Assembly: GCA_040385895.1 (NCBI GenBank)
Contig: JAZKGM010000105.1
Location: 1-33,236 of the forward strand
Direction: 5' to 3'
Source: Bacteroidota bacterium
GTDB taxonomy: Bacteria; Bacteroidota; Bacteroidia; UKL13-3
Length of the DNA: 33,236 nucleotides
In this document: piece after piece, positions 25,900 to 33,236 of the stretch
How the letters are laid out: each line of letters begins with the position of its first letter
Position numbering within the stretch: the first letter of the stretch is position 1
Notes under the pieces: generated by a model
What the model saw: the letters and a program-made list of their open reading frames with translations, nothing else
Told to the model about the DNA's origin: nothing
Database searches by the model: none
Translations under genes and position numbers: made by a program

Positions 25900-27027
25900 T
25901 TATAGTTTAACAAACTTTGACACTTGAATAGCGCCTCCCTGTTCTACCGATATAAAATAAACGGAAGGTAACAGATCACTGAGGTTAATGTTAAGTTCCT
26001 GGCCTGCGTCTTGTTTTACCATCATCAGCCTTCCTTGCATATCCGTAATTTTAATTACTGAAGTACCTGGCTGATCCAGTTTAAGTGTTAAGGCATTGCT
26101 TGCAGGATTAGGGTAAAGGCCAAAAAACGTTTTATTTGTTTCGGAAATACCGGAAGTAAGGTCGTAGGTATAAATCTGCCTGACATTATTATCCCAGCTA
26201 TTCCGATCGCGATTCCACCTGAAAATTTCGTATCTGATTTTCCGTTTTTCGTTATCGTATTTATTTATAATAAGCGTGCTGTTCACCCAGCCTGCAGCCT
26301 CATTACCTTGCCCTAATGCGCTATCCAGGGTATCGGTATATGTATATGATATGTGCAGATAAGCTGTCCAGCTGCTATCTTTATTATTAAAAAGTTCACG
26401 GATTTCGGTAGCTGGCCTGGCCGAACCCGGCTCGTAGGTAAATGTGTACCGGTCTCCGTTATCTAATGTATTTCCGGGTCTGTTCCAGTTCTGTTCTACA
26501 TATTGCCTTACGGTTCCGTTGCTATTATTAGAATACAACTTATACCAATCATTTTGCCATTCTGAGGAAGAGTCTTTCCAAACGTCTGAAGATAGTTTAA
26601 CCAGATAGCCGGAGCTGTCATATTCATAATTCACCCTGATATTATTTTCCCATATACCATTTGTATTATAACGTCTCGTCCAGCCTAATACCTTCCCGGC
26701 ATTGTTATAAAGCCAATAATTGGAATCAATTCTGTTCCAACTATTCGTTGTTGTGTCCCAGAGTTGCCCTGTTGATATGTCCATTTTCCGGTCCGTACGG
26801 AAGCTGCAATCAAACTGGCTGAAGTTCTGCCACGAACCATTTACAGTATTGTAGTACTTAGCTAAGTAATTGATGCCGTCTCCATTTGCGTCATACACGA
26901 CATTATCTTTTCTGTAAGTATTCCATGAACCATCCTTCCAGTTCTCGGATATTAAAGTGCCATAACTCTGGGCGTTGGCTATATTAAAGATAAAAAAACT
27001 ACATAAGAGTGTAATCGTTATTTTCAT
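25900..27027 (-). CDS. T9SS type A sorting-domain (CTD) secreted protein, function unknown
   Basis: Likely ATG at 27025-27027 (MKITITLLCSFFIFNIANA signal). W/N/Y-rich repeats. C-terminal LYPNPASNALTLKL...ITDMQGRLM...VYFISVEQGG...KFVKL. Confidence 0.85.
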   Translation of the reverse strand: MKITITLLCSFFIFNIANAQSYGTLISENWKDGSWNTYRKDNVVYDANGDGINYLAKYYNTVNGSWQNFSQFDCSFRTDRKMDISTGQLWDTTTNSWNRIDSNYWLYNNAGKVLGWTRRYNTNGIWENNIRVNYEYDSSGYLVKLSSDVWKDSSSEWQNDWYKLYSNNSNGTVRQYVEQNWNRPGNTLDNGDRYTFTYEPGSARPATEIRELFNNKDSSWTAYLHISYTYTDTLDSALGQGNEAAGWVNSTLIINKYDNEKRKIRYEIFRWNRDRNSWDNNVRQIYTYDLTSGISETNKTFFGLYPNPASNALTLKLDQPGTSVIKITDMQGRLMMVKQDAGQELNINLSDLLPSVYFISVEQGGAIQVSKFVKL

Positions 27028-27109
27028 GTGGGTTAGATTGTTCGTAACAAGTATAATCACATATACCCTAACATCCAAACGCTGTTGCCGGCATTCAATA
27101 ATGATTGGC

Positions 27110-27300
27110 TTATAGCTTCATCAGCTTTTTCCTCATGACCATATTGATCCGATACCAGCTGACCCGCTTTTGCGTTATATTGGTATGAATACGATCAATT
27201 CCACATTTGCTGCTTTATGCCTTTTTATACCCGCAAAGGTTCGGCCATTATACAGGTTTATTATAGCACGCGCCAATCCATTATTATGTCGGAGATCAAT
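27110..27300 (-). pseudogene. decayed remnant of a T9SS C-terminal sorting domain
   Basis: AGCTTCATCAGCTTTTTCCT at 27114-27133 is identical to 27607-27626, the 3' end of the M28 peptidase gene. The minus-strand translation ends ...GIDRIHTNITQKRVSWYRINMVMRKKLMKL*. An upstream piece in another frame reads ...ARAIINLYNGRTFAG. Stops and a frame change interrupt it. Confidence 0.5.
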
Positions 27301-27388
27301 ATGCTGCATGAGCATACCTCTTCAACTGTATACTTACAGGAAACCTGCCGGAAATAGTTAAACATTACTAACACTGATTAATGCATAC

Positions 27389-27411
27389 AAGCCCTTTTAA
27401 AGGGCTTTTTT
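27389..27411 (+). terminator. orphan plus-strand terminator-like hairpin
   Basis: AAGCCCTTTTAAAGGGCTT followed by TTTTT. The T-tract is present only in the plus orientation, while both flanking genes are on the minus strand. Confidence 0.4.
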
Positions 27412-27603
27412 CATGCCATTGTTACAGGTAAATGATGATGAACGTTTTAAAAAAGTCCTTCATCGCCTGGCAAAGTCCTCTTCATCGTCTTTAAAATCCT
27501 TTTGATGCGCAAAAAAGTGCATCCCCGAGGTTTTGACGGGAGAAAAAGATGAACGTATCATTAAAAGAAGTATACTAAAAGGATACCCGCGTAACCAAAA
27601 CGC

Positions 27604-28770
27604 TTACAGCTTCATCAGCTTTTTCCTGAACACAAACCCGTTCTTATCGTGCAGCAAAAGGTAATAAACACCTTTGTTTAATGCAGGTGGCAGATCAATG
27701 GCATTCAGCTCAATAAAAGAAGTATAAATAAGCTGGCCTGAAACATCTACCAGTTCGGCCTTCAACAACGCTATATGCCCCGCGTTGCTGATCTTTACCT
27801 GTGTGGTAAAAGGGTTAGGATATACATCCACCTGGTCGTTGCTGAGCCCGTATTCGTTTAAAGCCACCAGGTTATTGGAGTCCATGGCAAAATGCAAAAA
27901 AGCAGTGGTGGCAAAACGGCTTACACGCGTAAAATACGATACGTTAAAATGGGTGATCGAATCGGTATACTTATGCCAGTGCGGGGTAAAATCACCTTCA
28001 TATTCTTCGTTGATGCCGATTGCCGATAAATTATTTTGCCAGAACGAACCATGATCGGTGTTGGGATCGCCCGGGTTAATTAATCTTGGCCGTAATGGAA
28101 CATCGTATAACGCGATAAGGTCGTATGCGCGCTGTCCCATCTCTTCACTTGAGCCTGCGGGACGCGAATGGATATCAAATGAACTGTCGTTGTCGCTGTC
28201 GTACGCCACCATATCGAGGTTAATGTATCCCACCAGCTTATACTGCATGTAATCGGTGGCCGATGCATGGCTCCCGATCAGTCCCTGCTCCTCTTCGTCC
28301 CAGAACGCAAAATGCAAGGTAACCGGAAGCTGTTGTCCTGCGCACACCCTGGCCATTTCAAGAATAGCGGCCGTACCGCTTGCGTTGTCATCGGCACCCG
28401 GGCTTCCGTTCACCGCATCGTAATGTGCGCCTGCGATCATGATTTTACCGGGTCTTCTTCCTTCTATCTTTGCTATGATATTTTGTCCGGTGGGGCTAAA
28501 ATTCACTTCGCTGTATGCAATGCCCCAGCTTGTTAGTTTTTGCTTAATGAATGCTGCAGCCAGCTCGTTGCCCTCATTGATCTTATACCTGGAAGCGATC
28601 ACTTTACTGCCTTGCGGGGTTTCAATGGGCAGCAAGCCGGTGAGTTGCTTTACGTAAGTCATTAATGAATCCTGGTTCACTTGCGCAGCCAGTTGCTGAA
28701 CCAATAGATTTTGTGCAAAGAGGCACCCACCCAGGGAAAGAAAAACAATAACAAAGCCTATTTTTTTCAT
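27604..28770 (-). CDS. M28-family zinc aminopeptidase with a T9SS C-terminal sorting domain
   Basis: Likely ATG at 28768-28770 (MKKIGFVIVFLSLGGCLFA). AHYDAV, GADDNASG, FWDEEEQGLIGS, and the CTD VYPNPFTTQVKI...GVYYLLLHDKNGFVFRKKLMKL. Confidence 0.9.
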   Translation of the reverse strand: MKKIGFVIVFLSLGGCLFAQNLLVQQLAAQVNQDSLMTYVKQLTGLLPIETPQGSKVIASRYKINEGNELAAAFIKQKLTSWGIAYSEVNFSPTGQNIIAKIEGRRPGKIMIAGAHYDAVNGSPGADDNASGTAAILEMARVCAGQQLPVTLHFAFWDEEEQGLIGSHASATDYMQYKLVGYINLDMVAYDSDNDSSFDIHSRPAGSSEEMGQRAYDLIALYDVPLRPRLINPGDPNTDHGSFWQNNLSAIGINEEYEGDFTPHWHKYTDSITHFNVSYFTRVSRFATTAFLHFAMDSNNLVALNEYGLSNDQVDVYPNPFTTQVKISNAGHIALLKAELVDVSGQLIYTSFIELNAIDLPPALNKGVYYLLLHDKNGFVFRKKLMKL

Positions 28771-28834
28771 ACTACTAAGATACTTTATAAAGGAGAAAAG
28801 ATGCACGAAATAAATGCACCGCAAAGAGATTCCC

Positions 28835-30355
28835 TTACTTCAACGATTGCAGTTCCTTACCTGCCCTGATCTCGGCTGTTTCAATATATTCAGCCTTTTT
28901 ATATTTGGCTGCATTTACAAAATATGTTTTAGCCATTTGGGTGAAACCCAGTTTCAGGTAGATCTGCCCCACATATACATTTGCAAAGGGCGCAAAATGA
29001 TAAGGCGTATTATCGGGCGAGCTTTTGATAACAAGCTGATAGTATTCGGTTGCCTTACTGAACTTATTCTGCTCCTGCAATATGCGTGCATACCGGAAGT
29101 AATATTCAAGGCGCTGGTATCCGCTGGCAAACTGATCAGCCGGGCGAAGCCGGATCGTCTCTTCCGCTTTCGCGTAATACCCGCCATCAGCCAGCAAACG
29201 CGACTTTAATACAATGACATCGTGGGGTGTGTTAGCAGAGATCTCGCGTTGCAGGTTTTTATCATCTTCGTTCTGGCTCCCTCCATACCGCTTCATCATT
29301 CCATAATAGATGCGGAACTTTTCTTCATCATTATTCACCAGGTAAAACCAGGAAAGGCGTTTATACGCTTCTTTCGTGAGCACTTTGTTCTTATTCACTG
29401 AAATAAAGTGCTTGAAATAAATATCCGCATCCGCATCGAGGCGGTATAATTTACACAAGGCAAAATAATATTCCAGGGCTGCAAAGGGTTCATAATCGCT
29501 GCTTTTCGGGCGGCTTTGCAACACATTGATCGCTTCTTCTTTTTGTGCCGTTCTCATACCGGTATAGCCACGCAGGTAATTGCTCATCATATTGGTGGCG
29601 TAATCGCGCGTGCGCTGTTCACAAAATTTCCAGGCCAGCTGTTTGTCGCCAAAATTCAAATGCAGCAACACATAGTAAAAAGTGGCCGTTTGTTTATCCA
29701 GCAAAAACTCATCACTTAATTCGGTGTCAAAGTAATTTTCGAGCAGGCCCATGCCTTCGTCAAAATTGCCTTTTAAGCCGGCCACGCTTAGCACCCATTT
29801 ATAGCTTTTACCGGTTGTGCCGAGCAATGCTTTGAACATGCCTACTGTTTTAGCAGATTGTTTAAAGGAAGGGAATTTTTTCTGGTTTTCAACGGCAAGC
29901 TGGTATGCGCTCCTGAAATCGAGCATGGCGCTTACAAATTCCTCGTTCATGGCCTTGGCAAACGCAAACTGCAGGTACATTTCACTTTGCGTGTACAGGC
30001 GATAGGGGGATGTTTCCGGGATGTTCTTAGCCGCCTCAAAGCGTTGGGACTTGTTCTGGTCCATGGCTTTAAACGTGCTGAAGTCGAGGCTTGTGGCAAT
30101 GCGGTAAAAGTCAATGTAATTTTCGAGGAAGCCAATGGCCGCATTATTGGGATGGGCTTTTTTTTCTTCAGTAAGAATTTGCTGTGCCTTTGTTAAACGC
30201 AATGCAGCAATGTGTTTCTGAGCTTCAATGCAGGGTTGTGAAAAGTAAAATACAGACTGTACTTCGGCCCCGGCCATATGGAAATAAAAAAGGAACAGCA
30301 CCGTATAACACAGCGCTGTTCCTTTTTTTAATATTTTACTGTAACGACTGGTCAA
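28835..30355 (-). CDS. TPR-like helical-repeat protein, function unknown
   Basis: 506 aa. The TTG start at 30355 gives a signal-peptide-like N-terminus (KKGTALCYTVLFLFYFHMAGA/EV). The only in-frame ATG nearby is 26 codons downstream, so the start is uncertain. Confidence 0.75.
   Translation of the reverse strand: MTSRYSKILKKGTALCYTVLFLFYFHMAGAEVQSVFYFSQPCIEAQKHIAALRLTKAQQILTEEKKAHPNNAAIGFLENYIDFYRIATSLDFSTFKAMDQNKSQRFEAAKNIPETSPYRLYTQSEMYLQFAFAKAMNEEFVSAMLDFRSAYQLAVENQKKFPSFKQSAKTVGMFKALLGTTGKSYKWVLSVAGLKGNFDEGMGLLENYFDTELSDEFLLDKQTATFYYVLLHLNFGDKQLAWKFCEQRTRDYATNMMSNYLRGYTGMRTAQKEEAINVLQSRPKSSDYEPFAALEYYFALCKLYRLDADADIYFKHFISVNKNKVLTKEAYKRLSWFYLVNNDEEKFRIYYGMMKRYGGSQNEDDKNLQREISANTPHDVIVLKSRLLADGGYYAKAEETIRLRPADQFASGYQRLEYYFRYARILQEQNKFSKATEYYQLVIKSSPDNTPYHFAPFANVYVGQIYLKLGFTQMAKTYFVNAAKYKKAEYIETAEIRAGKELQSLK
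30286..30328 (-). terminator. terminator-like hairpin downstream of the Zn-ribbon gene
   Basis: AAAAAAGGAACAGC (30286-30299) pairs with GCTGTTCCTTTTTT (30315-30328) around a 15-nt loop. It overlaps the putative signal-peptide codons of the next gene. Confidence 0.35.
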
Positions 30356-30361
30356 CAGCTG

Positions 30362-31114
30362 TTATAAAGTAACTTCTTCTGCCAGTTGCGGATCAACCAA
30401 TACACGACCGCAATGCTCGCAAACCAATATTTTCTTACGCTGGCGGATGTCGGCCTGGCGCTGAGGCGGTATTTTAGAGAAACAGCCGCCACACGAATCA
30501 CGCTCGATTATAGCGATACCGATACCATTTTTAACGCTTCCGCGAATGCTATTGTAACCTTTCAATAAACGTTCTTCGATACCTTCCGAAGCTTTTTCGC
30601 GAAGTGTCATTAAACTTTTTTCTTCTTTTTCAGTTTCTTCAACGATCGTATCAAGTTCGCCCTTTTTGGTTTTAAGGTCTAACTTACGGCCTTCCAGTTC
30701 ACCTGATAAAGAATCTTTCGAAGTGATCTTTTGCTCAATATCGAACTGTGCATTTTTGATGCGTTTTTCAGCCGCCTGAACTTCCAAACCTGCAATTTCG
30801 ATCTCTTTGTTCAACGCATCGAATTCGCGGTTGTTTTTTACGTTATCAAGTTGCTTCTCGTATTTTTTAACGTTGGCTTTGGCATCCATGATTTTGGTTT
30901 TGTTTGCCGAGATCGAAGCCTCCATTTGTTTCACTTCTGCATCTAAATTTTCGCTGCGGGTTTCGAAACCTGCAAGCTCATCCTCAAGATCGGCAACCTC
31001 CATTGGAAGCTCCCCACGCACTGATCTCAATTTGTCGATCTTTGAATCGATCACCTGAAGCTTATAAAGGGCTTTCAGTTTTTGTTCTACGCTTAATTCA
31101 GCATTCGAAGCCAT
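30362..31114 (-). CDS. coiled-coil C4 zinc-ribbon protein (COG1579/DUF164-like)
   Basis: 250 aa. Long coiled coil, then CGGC...CEHCGR. Adjacent to Nif3, the conserved gene pairing. Confidence 0.85.
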   Translation of the reverse strand: MASNAELSVEQKLKALYKLQVIDSKIDKLRSVRGELPMEVADLEDELAGFETRSENLDAEVKQMEASISANKTKIMDAKANVKKYEKQLDNVKNNREFDALNKEIEIAGLEVQAAEKRIKNAQFDIEQKITSKDSLSGELEGRKLDLKTKKGELDTIVEETEKEEKSLMTLREKASEGIEERLLKGYNSIRGSVKNGIGIAIIERDSCGGCFSKIPPQRQADIRQRKKILVCEHCGRVLVDPQLAEEVTL

Positions 31115-31118
31115 ATTC

Positions 31119-32213
31119 TTAATAATAATTTATTGGGTTCGTGTTAATATTCGATAAAATGACCGCGAAAGTAGGCATTTTTTTGGTAATTTCATCGGCC
31201 AGCAGGTTAATTGTAAAAATTTCGCTCTCATAATGACCAATATCCGCGATCATGATGCTGCTTTCCGCATCAAAAAATTCATGGTACTTAAAATCGGCCG
31301 ACACAAAAGCATCTGCCCCTGCCGCCATGGCCTGTTTTAATAAAAAACTTCCCGCTCCTCCACAAACCGCTACTTTTTTAACAGGCCTGTGAAGTGAGGT
31401 AAAACGGACCAGGTTAAGATCCATGCTATGTTTAAGATGAGCCAGGAACTCTTGAGGCCCGAGTTCTTCTGCCAGTTCACCGATCATCCCGCTTCCGGTT
31501 TGCGGGTTCGCATTAGCCAGCGGAATAATATCGTAAGCCACTTCCTCGTAAGGGTGAACATTCAATAATGCTGTTATTACTTTTCCCAGCTTATGGTCGG
31601 GTACGATCACTTCAAGTTTAAACTCCGGTTCGGTATGCTGCTCATTTTTTTCTCCAACAAATGCCCTGGTATGCTCATTTCCTTTAAAAGTGCCTTTCCC
31701 TTCTCCGTAAAAACTGCACTCACTGTAGTTGCCTATATTTCCCGCACCGGAGCGAAACAATGCTGCCTGAACAGGTTCAAGATGATCTTTTGGCACATAC
31801 ACCACCAGCTTTTTCAGATCACCTTGTTTGGGCTGGAGAACACGGAGATCCTTCAATCCTATTTTTTCGGAGATTTTCGCATTTACCCCATGCAACACAT
31901 TATCTAAGTTGGTGTGAATGGCAAAGATAGCCACGTCATTTTTAATGGCTTTTATAACCGTACGCTCCACATAATTCTTGCCGTTGAGCTTCTTAAGCCC
32001 TCCAAAAATAATGGGGTGGTGTGCCACGACCAGGTTACATCCCTTTTCTATTGCTTCATCAACAACCGCTTCAGTACAATCGAGCGTTACCAGTATATTT
32101 TTTAATGCCCAGGCTGAACTGCCTGTGAGCAAGCCACAATTATCATAACTTTCCTGGTACTGGGGCGGAGCCAGTTCCTCTAAAAGATCAATTACCTGTT
32201 TTATCGTATGCAT
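31119..32213 (-). CDS. Nif3-like dinuclear metal centre protein (GTP cyclohydrolase 1 type 2 family)
   Basis: 364 aa. DNCGLL, VVAHHPIIF, IHTNLD, an inserted PII-like domain and a C-terminal ADIGHYESE. Confidence 0.9.
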   Translation of the reverse strand: MHTIKQVIDLLEELAPPQYQESYDNCGLLTGSSAWALKNILVTLDCTEAVVDEAIEKGCNLVVAHHPIIFGGLKKLNGKNYVERTVIKAIKNDVAIFAIHTNLDNVLHGVNAKISEKIGLKDLRVLQPKQGDLKKLVVYVPKDHLEPVQAALFRSGAGNIGNYSECSFYGEGKGTFKGNEHTRAFVGEKNEQHTEPEFKLEVIVPDHKLGKVITALLNVHPYEEVAYDIIPLANANPQTGSGMIGELAEELGPQEFLAHLKHSMDLNLVRFTSLHRPVKKVAVCGGAGSFLLKQAMAAGADAFVSADFKYHEFFDAESSIMIADIGHYESEIFTINLLADEITKKMPTFAVILSNINTNPINYY

Positions 32214-32225
32214 AGTTCTGTATCA

Positions 32226-33140
32226 TTAAAGTTCGGGGGAATATTCAATATCCCACATTATAATGGCCCTGTCGTCACTTCCCGACACGAGTGTTTGATC
32301 ATTCACCCATAAACATTTGTTCACGCTGCTTTTATGCCCTTCATTTCGTGCAAAATCGATCACTTTTATTAACTTCATATCCGCTGTTTGCCATAATTTA
32401 ATGGTTTTATCCATGCTTACCGTAGCAAACAGTTTTTTAGCAGGAGCTAACGCAATGTGGTTGATGTGCAAAGTGTGTGCTGGAATTTCAATTAGTGGCA
32501 AGCTTTCAGACAGCTTCCATCTTTTCAGGATGGCATCGCGCCCACCACTCAATAGTTCCACATCGTTAAGGAACGTTAACGAAAAAACCGAGTTGGCATG
32601 CGCATCTATTGTATCCAGCAATTTAAAATCGGTGGTGGAATAGATCCTTATTTTATGATCGCTGAAACCTACGGCCAGGAGGCTTTTTGAAGGATTAAGC
32701 GCCATACACCTTGCACTTTTATCAGAAGCCCTGATGCGACAAAAAATACCCATGTCGTGTTTATGCCAAACAATAACATTTCCGTCCCCCCCGGCCGAGA
32801 CCATATATTCATCCAGGGCAAGGACATCAAAAATTCCGTTCACATGGGCTTCGATATTCCGCAGCTCCCCACCCGAATTGAAATCAATAACATGTAAATT
32901 ACCCGAAGCAGTACCGCAATACAGCAGGTTCTCCCCTCCGTTAATATACAATGCATAAACCGGACGGTTAACACGCACCATCAATCGGCCGTCATTTTCT
33001 TTCTTGTTATCCCAGCCCACTACATAGCCATCGCCTCCCCCACTGAAAAACTGCTTTTTATCCGGTGCGTTGCAAAGCGTATAAACGGCATCTTTATGTC
33101 CGCTGAAATGTGATAGCTTTGTAACATTAATTAAAGGCAT
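32226..33140 (-). CDS. WD40-repeat protein
   Basis: 304 aa with repeated GH...D..V/I...W units (GHKDAVYTL, GGDGNVIVW, SMDKTIKLW, GSDDRAIIMWD). Confidence 0.85.
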   Translation of the reverse strand: MPLINVTKLSHFSGHKDAVYTLCNAPDKKQFFSGGGDGYVVGWDNKKENDGRLMVRVNRPVYALYINGGENLLYCGTASGNLHVIDFNSGGELRNIEAHVNGIFDVLALDEYMVSAGGDGNVIVWHKHDMGIFCRIRASDKSARCMALNPSKSLLAVGFSDHKIRIYSTTDFKLLDTIDAHANSVFSLTFLNDVELLSGGRDAILKRWKLSESLPLIEIPAHTLHINHIALAPAKKLFATVSMDKTIKLWQTADMKLIKVIDFARNEGHKSSVNKCLWVNDQTLVSGSDDRAIIMWDIEYSPEL

Positions 33141-33236
33141 GGCAATTGTAAAAACGTTTAGTCCGCACGAAAATACTTTTTTATTGGTTTGGAAAATTAC
33201 CGAAGACGGTGAAACCCTAAAAAATATGATCCGTTG
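33139..33236 (+). CDS. possible 5' end of a 4'-phosphopantetheinyl transferase-like gene (partial, runs off the right edge)
   Basis: ATG at 33139 gives MAIVKTFSPHENTFLLVWKITEDGETLKNMIR. The LxVWKIxE pattern resembles Bacteroidota PPTase N-termini from memory. Only 32 codons are visible. Confidence 0.3.
   Translation, partial: MAIVKTFSPHENTFLLVWKITEDGETLKNMIR

Noticed and set aside
27170-27361. 63-aa plus-strand ORF upstream of the orphan terminator
   Set aside because: It is Cys/Arg/Ile-rich with no motif, and it is antisense to the T9SS CTD fossil. It was kept only as a possible non-coding transcript in the findings.
1-33236. Search for CRISPR arrays, tRNA/rRNA genes and long tandem repeats
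   Set aside because: No regularly spaced 25-40-nt direct repeats, no cloverleaf-like intergenic segments and no rRNA-like stretches were seen. The intergenic gaps are short apart from 6067-6461, 18640-18915 and 27028-27603, which are discussed separately.

Overview
This is a Bacteroidota-type chromosomal segment: it has gldD/gldE gliding genes, T9SS C-terminal sorting domains and TAnnTTTG promoter motifs close to start codons. No similarity search was run, so all calls rest on motifs read from the translations and on hand-checked coordinates.

Positions ~6.46-33.2 kb are a tightly packed housekeeping backbone:
- OmpA-like lipoprotein, RNase G, a 29-codon hyper-basic ORF, a TPR protein, HU, mutY, ssb, gldE, gldD and dnaA
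- a split 5'-nucleotidase, meaB plus both methylmalonyl-CoA mutase subunits, and ftsK
- two T9SS cargo proteins, a TPR-like protein, a Zn-ribbon/Nif3 pair and a WD40 protein

Positions 1-6.4 kb look like a horizontally acquired, AT-richer accessory island:
- an IS1595-family transposase
- a 3-gene lipoprotein operon whose middle gene is frameshifted
- an XRE regulator with palindromic candidate operators
- three orphan small ORFs
- a tightly coupled 4-gene plus-strand cassette: a single-pass membrane protein, a small soluble protein, an HNH nuclease with an unrecognised C-terminal domain, and a frameshifted trypco2-like ORF

This cassette matches no named system I know and is my best candidate for an undescribed conflict/defence system. 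No rRNA, tRNA or CRISPR array was seen.
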